From positions 1-55,947 of the forward strand of contig NZDU01000040.1 in NCBI GenBank assembly GCA_002688875.1: a stretch of DNA of 55,947 bases, given 5' to 3'. The DNA is from Candidatus Pacearchaeota archaeon (GTDB lineage: Archaea; Nanobdellota; Nanobdellia; Pacearchaeales; GW2011-AR1). Both the position numbers and the translations under genes were made by a program. Below, piece by piece: positions 1 to 8,783 of the stretch (its first letter is position 1; every line of letters starts with the position of its first letter). The notes below the pieces were generated by a model, which saw nothing but the letters and a program-made list of their open reading frames with translations, was not told where the DNA came from and searched no databases.

Positions 1-113
1 ACACTAACTCCCAAAATCATTGTTTGGGCTTCGCCGTGACTCATTTTGAGTACCTCTCGTGGCGGGCACCCTTTCGGGATTAAAAAATATGAAAGAAAAA
101 GAGTATATAAAGG

Positions 114-635
114 TTATGTTTGGGCTTCTAAACCTTGGAATTTATAGAGGTTAAGGTAGGATTTGATTTCTCCTATGAATTCATAGAGTTCTTCGTGTAA
201 TTCAGCTTCATAATCTTCTATTCTGGACTTTATAATGAATTTATTATATGCTTCTTTAAGGAATTTAATGAAAGCATTGCCTTCCCATTTACCTTCGTAA
301 TCTAATTCTAACCAAGCTGTAAAGCGCATATCGACATCGCCCTTGTTGGTTTTTTTCTTCATATTGTTAATTTCTATTTCTACACTATCTAAACCTACAA
401 TAAGGAATTTAATATCAATGTGGAATTTAATATAATCTGAGATTTTTCTATTGGTTTCCCAACCTATTTCTAAGTGTTTACCGCCTTGAGTGGTTTGTTC
501 CATATATTGTTTTTCTTGGAAATCGTAGTTATGTTGAGAGAACCAACGAAACATGGTTTTATACAAGTCCCCCATATCAAAGATGGAAACTTGACGTACT
601 TTAATATTATTGGCTACAAAGTCTTTTTCACTCAT
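114..635 (-). CDS. Hypothetical protein, tandem paralog 1 (no family recognised)
   Basis: 173-aa track ORF. It shares a long motif block (LYK..F.W....NY.F.EK.Y.E....GK...I.WE..RK..D[YF]IKF.I[DE]I) with the adjacent gene. The antisense ORF 474..761 is judged a shadow. Confidence 0.55.
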   Translation of the reverse strand: MSEKDFVANNIKVRQVSIFDMGDLYKTMFRWFSQHNYDFQEKQYMEQTTQGGKHLEIGWETNRKISDYIKFHIDIKFLIVGLDSVEIEINNMKKKTNKGDVDMRFTAWLELDYEGKWEGNAFIKFLKEAYNKFIIKSRIEDYEAELHEELYEFIGEIKSYLNLYKFQGLEAQT

Positions 636-675
636 ATGATTTTAGAATATATTTTTCTTAATAAAATTATCTATT

Positions 676-1170
676 TTAGAATAAGGAAAATTGGTTTAAT
701 TTGGATTTTATTAAAGCATGTAGGCCGTAGGTGTCTTCCCAACACTTTCCAGCATAGTTAAGAAAATATTGTTTTTTTAAATAATAAATGTGCATTTTCC
801 TTAAAAATTTAAAGATAGGGTTGGTTTCCCAATGATTTTGCCAATCCATCTCCATTTCTGAATCTACTACAATTTCAATCCAACCCTTAAGAAGAGAAGG
901 GTCTTTTTCAATAGGATTCATACTATGAGCCCAAATTTCTATTTCTATATTGAATTTTATAAAATCATTTACTTTTCTTTCAAATTCCCAACCTATAGTA
1001 AATTCTTTACCATGGGATTTTGATTTTTCCACATAACCTTTTTCATTAAAGAAATATTTATTTTCTTGAGCCCAAGTGTATAAGGATTTATGGAGTTCTT
1101 TGAAATTAACGGGGGAGTCTTGTCTTATAATTAAACTGCCTTCTTCTGTGATGGGCCATTTTTCGGACAT
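676..1170 (-). CDS. Hypothetical protein, tandem paralog 2
   Basis: The track ORF 676..1509 is trimmed to the internal Met (MSEKWPITEEG, cat at 1168-1170). Similarity to 114..635 begins there, and the upstream extension overlaps the pilin gene on the other strand. Confidence 0.5.
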   Translation of the reverse strand: MSEKWPITEEGSLIIRQDSPVNFKELHKSLYTWAQENKYFFNEKGYVEKSKSHGKEFTIGWEFERKVNDFIKFNIEIEIWAHSMNPIEKDPSLLKGWIEIVVDSEMEMDWQNHWETNPIFKFLRKMHIYYLKKQYFLNYAGKCWEDTYGLHALIKSKLNQFSLF

Positions 1171-1258
1171 ATATAATAAAGTAAATATTTGAGTTAATAT
1201 AATTTTCTCTTTAGAGGGAAAAGAAATGTTTATATAGGAGTTAAAATTAAGAATAAAT

Positions 1259-1771
1259 ATGAACAAAAGAGGTATTAGTCCATTAATTGCTTCTGTATTG
1301 TTAATCGCTTTTGCGGTTACTTTATTCTTGATTATTAGTACTTGGACTAGGACTAGTATTTTAGAACCTGGACTTGAAAAAGGTGGGGAAAAATATGCGG
1401 TTGGTTTAGATTGTTTGAGTACAAGTGTTAAAATTGAGAGTGCATGTGTGGATGATAGAGATAGTGTGACTTCTTTGAAATTAAATGTAGATAATAAAGG
1501 TTCCACCAATATTGAAAGCTTGAGTATTAGAGTTGTAGGTGAGGAAGGGAATTTGGCTACTATTCCTTATGGGCCAGCTTTAGCTTCAATTGCACCTCCT
1601 GGAAGAATTATTAGTTTTGGAGATAGGCAAACATTAGGAGATCAAGGACCTATAGCGGATTTAGATAGGATTGAAGTATTCCCTTATATAAAAGGCGGGA
1701 TTTGTCAGGATAATTTAGTTAGTATTGGACTTTCTAGATTGGAAGATGATTGTCCTGAGGATTCTCCATAA
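1259..1771 (+). CDS. Archaeal type IV pilin-like protein (class III signal peptide)
   Basis: The N-terminus MNKRGISPLIASVLLIAFAVTLFLII matches the archaeal pilin/archaellin prepilin motif: [KR]G then a hydrophobic helix (ISPLIA..LL). Confidence 0.6.
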   Translation: MNKRGISPLIASVLLIAFAVTLFLIISTWTRTSILEPGLEKGGEKYAVGLDCLSTSVKIESACVDDRDSVTSLKLNVDNKGSTNIESLSIRVVGEEGNLATIPYGPALASIAPPGRIISFGDRQTLGDQGPIADLDRIEVFPYIKGGICQDNLVSIGLSRLEDDCPEDSP

Positions 1772-1833
1772 ATAATTTTTAGAAAAGTTTAAAAAGAGTC
1801 TATTTCAATTTCTAATTATAATTGGGGTTAAAA

Positions 1834-2064
1834 ATGATTCAAGACAGACTAATGGCTTATGACCTTGATGGATTATTAAGATGTAGATGTGCTAGAGAGA
1901 TCCAATCAAAAACAGCAATGGGAAATTTTAGAGAAACCAGAGAAGGATTAGTAATAGACTCAGAAACAGATCCTCTTATATTTGAGGGTTGGGAACCAGA
2001 AGCTTATTCAGAAGGTCAAGCTCCTGAACCAACTGAAGAAGGAGATTCAAACTATGACTTATGA
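1834..2064 (+). CDS. Small acidic hypothetical protein
   Basis: Track ORF 1822..2064, with the first ATG at 1834. A TATA-like GAAAAGTTTAAAAAG lies about 35 nt upstream. It overlaps the next ORF by 11 nt. Confidence 0.35.
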   Translation: MIQDRLMAYDLDGLLRCRCAREIQSKTAMGNFRETREGLVIDSETDPLIFEGWEPEAYSEGQAPEPTEEGDSNYDL

Positions 2065-2374
2065 TTTAGAAGAAGTTTATGGACATTTAATTAAGGAACT
2101 TGGAAGTGCTTATAGTGGAGCTTTAAGAGTTAGGCGTAATGTTTTGTCTGATGATTCTTATTCTGAAGAAGAAGTTAGCGGTTTAGGTTTTGTAGTAGGA
2201 GCGAATGGGACAGTAAAAGAGATTGCGATTTTGACTCCATCTGGATTACTTCAAGATATGAGTGAAGGTACTGGAATTCCTTTACCAAGAGATTTAGTAT
2301 CTAGAATTGCTAAATTTATTCCGGAAGTGGAAATTATAGGCGGTAGATCATTGGGAGTGGTTGCAGATGACTGA
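2054..2374 (+). CDS. Hypothetical protein (106 aa) overlapping the thermosome start
   Basis: Track ORF 1982..2374 trimmed to the ATG at 2054 ([10 protein letters not shown]). Its 3' end overlaps the thermosome start by 14 nt. Confidence 0.4.
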   Translation: MTYDLEEVYGHLIKELGSAYSGALRVRRNVLSDDSYSEEEVSGLGFVVGANGTVKEIAILTPSGLLQDMSEGTGIPLPRDLVSRIAKFIPEVEIIGGRSLGVVADD

Positions 2375-4004
2375 TCAAAATGTACAACCCATATTTATTT
2401 TACCAGAGGATACTAAAAGAACTAGTGGGAAAGATGCTCAAAGAAATAATATAGCGGCGGCTAAAGCTGTGGCGGAAACTGTTAGGACAACATTAGGTCC
2501 AAAAGGAATGGATAAAATGTTAGTGGATTCTATGAATGAAACTGTGGTTACTAATGATGGTGTGACTATTTTGGATGAAATGTCCATAGAACATCCAACT
2601 GCAAAAATGATTGTTGAGGTTGCAAAAACTCAAGAAGATGAAGTTGGAGATGGAACTACTACTGCTGTTATTTTGGCGGGTGAATTATTAAAAAATGCCG
2701 AAGATTTATTGGATAAAAATATCCATCCTACTATTGTGACTAAGGGTTATAAATTAGCAGCTGATAAAACTCAAGATTTATTAGAGAAATTAGGAGAGGA
2801 TGTGGATGTTAAAGATGAAGATTTGTTAAAGAAAATTGGAATGACTGCTATGACTGGAAAAGGTGCGGAGACTGCTAAAGAATTATTAAGTGGGTTGTGT
2901 GTGAAGGCTGTTAAGAAAATTGTGGATAAAGGGAATAATGTGGATTTAGATGATATTAAAATTGAGAAAAAAGTAGGAGAAGGTATTGAGAATTCTGAAT
3001 TGATTGAAGGTATTGTTTTAGATAAAGAAAAAGTACATGTGGGAATGCCTTCTAAAATTGAAAAAGCTAAAGTGGCTTTATTGGATGTAGCTTTAGAAAT
3101 TAAAAGTACAGAGATGGATGCTAAAATAAGCATTGATGATCCAAATAAATTACAAGGGTTTTTAGATCAAGAAGAAAATATGTTGAAAGATATGGTGAGT
3201 AAAGTAATTGAGAGTGGAGCCAATGTTGTGGTATGTCAAAAAGGTATTGATGATGTGGCTCAATATCTATTAAGTGAAAATGGTGTTTATGCTGTTAGAA
3301 GAGTTAAAGAAAGTGATATGGGAAGATTAGCTAAGGCTACTGGTGGTAAGGTTGTAAGTAATTTAAATGCTTTAGATAAAGATAAATTGGGTAAGGCTGG
3401 AAAAGTGGAAAAAATTAAAGTTGGAGATGATGAAATGACTTATGTGAGTGGATGTGAGAATCCAAAAGCTGTTACCCTACTTGTTAAAGGTGGAACGCAA
3501 CATGTAGTAGATGAAGTGGAAAGAGCAATCACTGATGCCTTAGGTGATGTGGTTGCGAGTTTAAAAACAGGTAAGGTTGTGGGTGGTGCAGGTGCGATTG
3601 AAATGGAATTAAGTAAAGGTCTAAGGGAATATGCTAATAGTTTAAGTGGAAGAGAACAATTAGCAGTACTTGCTTTTGCTGAGGCTATTGAAGTTGTTCC
3701 AAGGACATTAGCTGAAAATGCCGGACTAGATCCTATTGATATGTTAACCGAATTAAAAGCCAGTCATGATTCTGGTAAAAAATGGGCTGGAATTGATGTG
3801 TTTAAGAGAGGGGTTCAAGATGCTTGGGAAAATGGTGTTATTGAACCACTTAAAATTAAAACCCAAGCTGTTAAATCTGCTTCTGAAGTTGCAGAGTTAA
3901 TATTAAGAATTGATGATGTAATTGCTGGAAGTACAAGTAAAGAACCAGCTATGCCGCCTGGTGGTATGGGTGGAATGCCTCCGGGGATGGGTGGGATGAT
4001 GTAG
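2361..4004 (+). CDS. ths: Thermosome subunit (group II chaperonin)
   Basis: 547 aa. Contains [11 protein letters not shown] and VGDGTTT motifs and a C-terminal [14 protein letters not shown] tail. Confidence 0.95.
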   Translation: MQMTDQNVQPIFILPEDTKRTSGKDAQRNNIAAAKAVAETVRTTLGPKGMDKMLVDSMNETVVTNDGVTILDEMSIEHPTAKMIVEVAKTQEDEVGDGTTTAVILAGELLKNAEDLLDKNIHPTIVTKGYKLAADKTQDLLEKLGEDVDVKDEDLLKKIGMTAMTGKGAETAKELLSGLCVKAVKKIVDKGNNVDLDDIKIEKKVGEGIENSELIEGIVLDKEKVHVGMPSKIEKAKVALLDVALEIKSTEMDAKISIDDPNKLQGFLDQEENMLKDMVSKVIESGANVVVCQKGIDDVAQYLLSENGVYAVRRVKESDMGRLAKATGGKVVSNLNALDKDKLGKAGKVEKIKVGDDEMTYVSGCENPKAVTLLVKGGTQHVVDEVERAITDALGDVVASLKTGKVVGGAGAIEMELSKGLREYANSLSGREQLAVLAFAEAIEVVPRTLAENAGLDPIDMLTELKASHDSGKKWAGIDVFKRGVQDAWENGVIEPLKIKTQAVKSASEVAELILRIDDVIAGSTSKEPAMPPGGMGGMPPGMGGMM

Positions 4005-5111
4005 TTAATCTAAGAATTTATTAATTTGTTTTCTAGCTTTTTCTCTTTTTTGTCTGTGTTTTTTTAGGAAAGTATTTATTTTGTTGATTAAAATTTCTTT
4101 TAATTCTCCTGTAAGTAAAGAACCAGATTTATAATCTGTTTCTATTTTATTTAATTTTTTATCATTAGGTTCAAATAAATATTTTAACCATTGGAAACTA
4201 ACATCAATATCTGGATTTCCACCTTTTTCTTTATGTTCTTTTAAGGAAGTTTGACCGCCAGAGAAAGCGTATTTTTTTATTTTTCTTTCAACTTCTTTTT
4301 CAGTATCACTTGTATAGATTGCAGATATTTCACTACTCGAAGACATTTTCCCTTGAATTCCTTGTAGTGGTGGAAGGAAAGAACATTGGATTGAACCTGG
4401 TTTGTAATGACCTAATTTTGGAAGTATGTCTCTGGTTAGTCTAAAGTGAGGGTCTTGATCTATTGCATGAGGGATTAAGCAAGGTATTTTTTTATTTTTG
4501 AGGATGGAAGGAAGAAATGCAGGAACTGCTTGCATTGAAGTATAAAATATGGATCCTATATTTGATTTATCATTTAAACCGAATGAAGATTTAACCATGG
4601 AAAAGGTAATCTTTTTTGCAACCCTACATGCTTCTTTGTACATTAAGTTTGCGTGTTTTGTATCTATTAAGAATTTAGTTTTCTTTGGATCAAAACCCGT
4701 GGCAATTACATCTAACATATTATCTTGTAAATACTTTTGTCCTTCTTCAAAAGATAGCTTTTGTTTAAATAGAAACTTTTCTTCATCTGGAAATTGGAAT
4801 AATAATTCTACATTGAACTTGTCTTGCAACCATTTTGTAAATATCCAGGGTTGTAGGTGACCTATGTGAATTTTTCCTGAAGGCGCTCTTCCAGTGTATA
4901 GAAAAAATTTGTTTTCTTTTTCATATTCATCCAATATCCAATTTAAGTCACGATGTGCAAAAAATATTTTTCTTCTTAACATAAAATGTAATTCTTTAGT
5001 ATGCTTTTTTATTCTCTCTAATAACTTATTATCTATTTTAGAAACTCCGAATCCTTTTATTAATTTATTATAGTCAATATTTCCAGAGACTTCCCAAGGT
5101 GTGACTTTCAT
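4005..5111 (-). CDS. trpS: Tryptophanyl-tRNA synthetase (archaeal/eukaryal type)
   Basis: N-terminal VTPWEVSGNIDYNKLIKGFG, HIGH-like IHIGHL and KMSKS-like GKMSSS. Its stop codon abuts the thermosome stop with 0 nt spacer. Confidence 0.85.
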   Translation of the reverse strand: MKVTPWEVSGNIDYNKLIKGFGVSKIDNKLLERIKKHTKELHFMLRRKIFFAHRDLNWILDEYEKENKFFLYTGRAPSGKIHIGHLQPWIFTKWLQDKFNVELLFQFPDEEKFLFKQKLSFEEGQKYLQDNMLDVIATGFDPKKTKFLIDTKHANLMYKEACRVAKKITFSMVKSSFGLNDKSNIGSIFYTSMQAVPAFLPSILKNKKIPCLIPHAIDQDPHFRLTRDILPKLGHYKPGSIQCSFLPPLQGIQGKMSSSSEISAIYTSDTEKEVERKIKKYAFSGGQTSLKEHKEKGGNPDIDVSFQWLKYLFEPNDKKLNKIETDYKSGSLLTGELKEILINKINTFLKKHRQKREKARKQINKFLD

Positions 5112-5155
5112 TACTAAAGTAAATTAATTAGAAGTATAAAAAACTTTTTGAAAAA

Positions 5156-6670
5156 TTACCTTTTTAGATATCTTTTAATGTTATATCTCTTGCTACTTAA
5201 GTGATAGATAGCAGCTATGGCTATTATGAAAACGGCTATATGACCCAATAAAATATAAATTTGGGGCAGGACATCTTGTAAAGTAACTTCAAAGATTAAT
5301 AATTTTCTTAGAATGGTGTCGGAAACTACAAACATATTATAATTCACTACTTGTTTAATAGATGCGGTGAGGGATTCTAAAGGTATGATAGTATTGGAGA
5401 AGAATAATAAGATAGTACCTAGGGAAATAGCGCCTACAGTGGCAGTTTCTTCTGAACTAAATAAGTACCCTATGATCATACCTAATAAAATGAAAGCAGA
5501 GGTTATAATTAAAATAGCAGCAGTCACATTCATTAAAGTGCTAATTAGATCTGGTTGGATTGCTAGCATGACTGCGAAGACAATAGCTAATTGTAAAATA
5601 ATTATGAGAATGTTTGTTAGATAAGTGGAAGCTATGAATAAGAAGGCTTTGTTTGGACTGATATAATTTCTAAAGTAAGCAGGAGAGATCTTTTCTCTGA
5701 TAACAGTTACACTAGAAAGTAGAAGGGAGACGAACATGACTACCATCATAATTAAGGTAGGGAAGAGATAATTAATATGGGTTCTTTCAGTTGTGACGGG
5801 TTGAGTTACTGTCTTGATTGGAGAAATTAAAGTTTCAACATCTTTAACTTTGATAGCATCGATATCAGAAATGATTTTATTAGAAGCCCTATCTAATTCC
5901 ATTAATTGGGAAGATTCAGTTATGGCTATTTCTTTTAAGTTGGGTATGGCTGAGGAAATTATGTTTACTGCTTTTAATTGGAGAGTTAGTACGTTAATTA
6001 AGTCTTCTAGTTCTGTAATAGTTCGAGTATCATTGGTCTGGGATTTCAAGGCTGCGGTTTTATTATTTAGTTCATTTTCTAAATCTGCACTTAAGTCTAT
6101 ACCTGTTAATTCTGTTTCGATAGTGGTTATACCAGAGGTGAAGGCTTCATTAGTGGTCTTTAGGGAGGATAAAACAGATTTTTTAGATTGTAAGGAGGAA
6201 GAAGCTTCTTCTAGTTGGGCTACTACTATAGATGTTAGAGATTCAGAAAGTTCTTTTGAGGTTTCTCCAACTTTATCTAAGATGGCACCCTTTATAGCAA
6301 AGACTAAATTAATCCTGGATTGATCAACATAGACTTGGATTACATTTCCTTCAGAAACAGATAAATCAGGTGGGAAAATGGTACAGAGATGATAGGTTCC
6401 AGTTTTGACTCCTTTTATACATTCTTCCTCTGAAGAAGATCTGAAAATTCTATATTCATCTTCTTCTAACTTGTCTACAATAGAATTGGACAAATCATTG
6501 TAGCTAGAAGAATAAGAACCGACTTTAATATCCGAGAAAGTGGAAGTGTTAAAGGCAGTACCCACTAGAAGTATTAATAATAAAGGTCCAAATAGTATAA
6601 TCAAGGCTGAACTTTTAGATCTTATTAATATCTTAAAGTTCTTCCTAATGACCCCTAGGAGTTTCACCAC
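5156..6670 (-). CDS. ABC-2 type transporter permease with a large extracytoplasmic loop
   Basis: 504 aa with an N-terminal TM segment, a long helical loop and about 5 C-terminal TM segments. It overlaps the upstream ATPase gene by 26 nt. Confidence 0.75.
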   Translation of the reverse strand: MVKLLGVIRKNFKILIRSKSSALIILFGPLLLILLVGTAFNTSTFSDIKVGSYSSSYNDLSNSIVDKLEEDEYRIFRSSSEEECIKGVKTGTYHLCTIFPPDLSVSEGNVIQVYVDQSRINLVFAIKGAILDKVGETSKELSESLTSIVVAQLEEASSSLQSKKSVLSSLKTTNEAFTSGITTIETELTGIDLSADLENELNNKTAALKSQTNDTRTITELEDLINVLTLQLKAVNIISSAIPNLKEIAITESSQLMELDRASNKIISDIDAIKVKDVETLISPIKTVTQPVTTERTHINYLFPTLIMMVVMFVSLLLSSVTVIREKISPAYFRNYISPNKAFLFIASTYLTNILIIILQLAIVFAVMLAIQPDLISTLMNVTAAILIITSAFILLGMIIGYLFSSEETATVGAISLGTILLFFSNTIIPLESLTASIKQVVNYNMFVVSDTILRKLLIFEVTLQDVLPQIYILLGHIAVFIIAIAAIYHLSSKRYNIKRYLKR

Positions 6671-7595
6671 TTTTTTTCACCAAACTTACAAAAACTTCAC
6701 TTAAGGAAGGTTTTCTTACATCTACTTGTACTATTTTATCTTTTTGTTTTTTGATTCCATGGATTAATTTTTGCAATGTATTTTCTGCATCCGTTGTTCT
6801 AATCATTAATCGGTTTCCGAATCTTTCTATTTTTTTTATCTTACTGGATTTTAAACACTTCATAAGCTGAGTGTAATTTTTCTTTAAGGTAATTAAATGA
6901 ATTTCATCTTCTCGAGAGAATTGTTTTCTTAATTGCTCTGGAGTACCCCTTCTTAGAATTTTACCATTGTGTAAAATAGCAATTTCATCGCATAATTGTT
7001 CTGCTTCATGTAATAAATGAGAAGTTATAATGACAGTTGTGTCATCTTGGTTAATTTTTTTTATTAAAGATAAAATATCTTTTCTTAAAATAGGATCTAG
7101 ATCTTCAGTAGGTTCGTCTAAGATTAAAATTCGGGGATTATGAATTAGAGCACAGGCAATATCTAAGCGTCTTTGCATTCCACCAGATAAATTTTCAGCT
7201 AACTCATCTGCAGAATCTTCTAAATGGACGAATTTAATTACTTTATTTATATTGGATCTTAAAGTAGCTCTAGGAACGTTAGATAAAGTGCCAAAATATT
7301 CTAGATTTTCTTTTACAGATAATTTTGGATAAACACAATTATCTTGGGTTGCGAAGCCAACTATTTGTCTTATGAATTTTAGATTCTTTTTTAGTTCTCG
7401 TGTTTCATAATCTATTTCTCCAGAATCAGAATCCCAAAAGCCAATTAAAGTTTTTAGTAAAGTGGTTTTACCACAGCCAGAAGCCCCAATAATTCCAAAT
7501 ATTTTTTTAGATGGAACTTCAAAGTTAACATTTTTTAAAACCTGATGATTTCCAAAACTTTTAGAAAGATTTTTTACCTCTATTTGATTGGCCAT
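6645..7595 (-). CDS. ABC transporter ATP-binding protein
   Basis: Walker A GASGCGKTT, signature LSGGMQRRL and Walker B ILILDEPT. Confidence 0.9.
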   Translation of the reverse strand: MANQIEVKNLSKSFGNHQVLKNVNFEVPSKKIFGIIGASGCGKTTLLKTLIGFWDSDSGEIDYETRELKKNLKFIRQIVGFATQDNCVYPKLSVKENLEYFGTLSNVPRATLRSNINKVIKFVHLEDSADELAENLSGGMQRRLDIACALIHNPRILILDEPTEDLDPILRKDILSLIKKINQDDTTVIITSHLLHEAEQLCDEIAILHNGKILRRGTPEQLRKQFSREDEIHLITLKKNYTQLMKCLKSSKIKKIERFGNRLMIRTTDAENTLQKLIHGIKKQKDKIVQVDVRKPSLSEVFVSLVKKSGETPRGH

Positions 7596-7667
7596 ATTAA
7601 TGTAAAATGTTTATTTATTTTTAAAACTATCGCTGGCTTTTTATATAACTACTTATTATTGGGGTTA

Positions 7668-8534
7668 ATGAAGCATACATGGAAAATAACTGGTATATTG
7701 GTTGTGTTATTCTTATTTACCCAGGTTATTGGTTTGACGGTTATAAATAATTATATTGATGTTGAACAAATAGTTAAACAAGAAACTGTTATAGAAGATG
7801 GTAAGGAAGTTATTAAAGAAGTAATTGTGGAGGAACAAGTTTTTGAGGAATTACCTTATGGGATTGAAAGGCCGGAATTAAAAGAGAAGACGAGTTATTT
7901 ATCTATATTATTGGCCATTATTATTGCGACTTCTCTAGCTTTGATTTTATTAAAATTCCAGGCAATGAGATTATGGAAGTTGTGGTTTTTTTTAAGTGTG
8001 TTTTTTACTTTGATGATTGCATTTAATGCTTTTATTCCGCAATTATGGGCTTTAGTATTGGCTTTAGTATTTGCAGGTTTGAAGACATTTAGAAATAGTG
8101 TGATAATTCATAATTTTTCTGAGCTATTTATATATGGGGGTTTGGCTGTGATATTTGTGCCTGTTATAAATGTTTTAGCCATAGTTGTGATTTTGTTAAT
8201 AATTAGTATTTATGATTATATAGCTGTGTGGAAAACCAAACATATGATTAAAATGGCTAAATTTCAGGCTAAATTAAAATTATTTGCGGGTTTGATGATT
8301 CCTTATGGTAGGAAATCAGCTATATTGGGAGGAGGGGATTTAGGATTTCCTTTATTATTTTCTGGTGTAATCTTTAAGAGTTATGGATGGGGTGCTTTGA
8401 TTACAGTCTTGACTAGTACTTTGGCTTTGGGTTATTTATTGGTTAAAAGTGAGAAAGGAAAATATTATCCAGCTATGCCTTTTTTGACAGTGGGGATATT
8501 AATTGGGTTTATAGTTGTCAAGTTAGTGCTCTAG
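7668..8534 (+). CDS. Presenilin/signal-peptide-peptidase-like intramembrane aspartyl protease
   Basis: Polytopic membrane protein with YD (SIYDYIAV), GxGD (LGGGDLGFP) and PAL-like (YPAMPFL) motifs in that order. Start trimmed to MKHTWK (atg 7668). Confidence 0.7.
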   Translation: MKHTWKITGILVVLFLFTQVIGLTVINNYIDVEQIVKQETVIEDGKEVIKEVIVEEQVFEELPYGIERPELKEKTSYLSILLAIIIATSLALILLKFQAMRLWKLWFFLSVFFTLMIAFNAFIPQLWALVLALVFAGLKTFRNSVIIHNFSELFIYGGLAVIFVPVINVLAIVVILLIISIYDYIAVWKTKHMIKMAKFQAKLKLFAGLMIPYGRKSAILGGGDLGFPLLFSGVIFKSYGWGALITVLTSTLALGYLLVKSEKGKYYPAMPFLTVGILIGFIVVKLVL

Positions 8535-8578
8535 CTACAGTAAGAATTATTAATAAAACTATAAAAAAATAGTTAACT

Positions 8579-8680
8579 TATTCATTGTTGAATTCTATGT
8601 TATTACAAGTACAAACTAACCCTGTTGGCATACCATTACTAGTATATACTGCTCCGCATTTTTTACATGTGAATGTCATT
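8579..8680 (-). CDS. Possible 33-aa zinc-ribbon-like peptide (MTFTCKKCGAVYTSNGMPTGLVCTCNNIEFNNE)
   Basis: Hand-translated ORF, too short for the track. It has CxxC...CxC spacing and a TTTAAATA box about 30 nt upstream on the minus strand. Confidence 0.3.
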
Positions 8681-8753
8681 GTAATTAAGTTTTGAAATTG
8701 AGGGTATTTAAACTTATTCATTTAAAAGTAGTAGAAATGAAAAATTAGAAAAG

Positions 8754-8761
8754 TTTAAAAG
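8754..8761 (+). promoter_or_regulatory. TATA box candidate for the aEF-2 gene
   Basis: GAAAAGTTTAAAAGG ends 23 nt before the ATG at 8784. The same GAAAAGTTTAAAA core occurs at 1786. Confidence 0.45.
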
Positions 8762-8783
8762 GCGATTTTTTTTTGGGTAAATA

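Noticed and set aside
676-1509. 277-aa track ORF with a long N-terminal extension
   Set aside because: The first 113 codons are low-complexity and overlap the well-supported pilin gene on the opposite strand. Similarity to the paralog 114..635 starts at the internal Met, so the gene was trimmed to 676..1170.
2771-3133. Antisense or overlapping track ORFs inside strong genes. Examples: 474..761, 2771..3133, 4549..4860, 5367..5624, 5814..6323, 9313..9495, 9821..10246, 10397..10711, 14354..14572, 19862..20086, 20508..21749 (small ORFs), 23107..24298, 30710..30949, 32101..32427, 33861..34070, 38981..39490, 42368..42742, 46074..46340, 48988..49455, 54707..54943, 55591..55776
   Set aside because: Each lies within, and out of frame or antisense to, a gene with clear family motifs. 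Their sequences are low-complexity with no motif, as expected for shadow ORFs in AT-rich DNA.
7545-7667. N-terminal extension of the presenilin-like ORF
   Set aside because: It overlaps the start of the divergent ABC ATPase gene. The hydrophobic protein begins plausibly at MKHTWK (7668).
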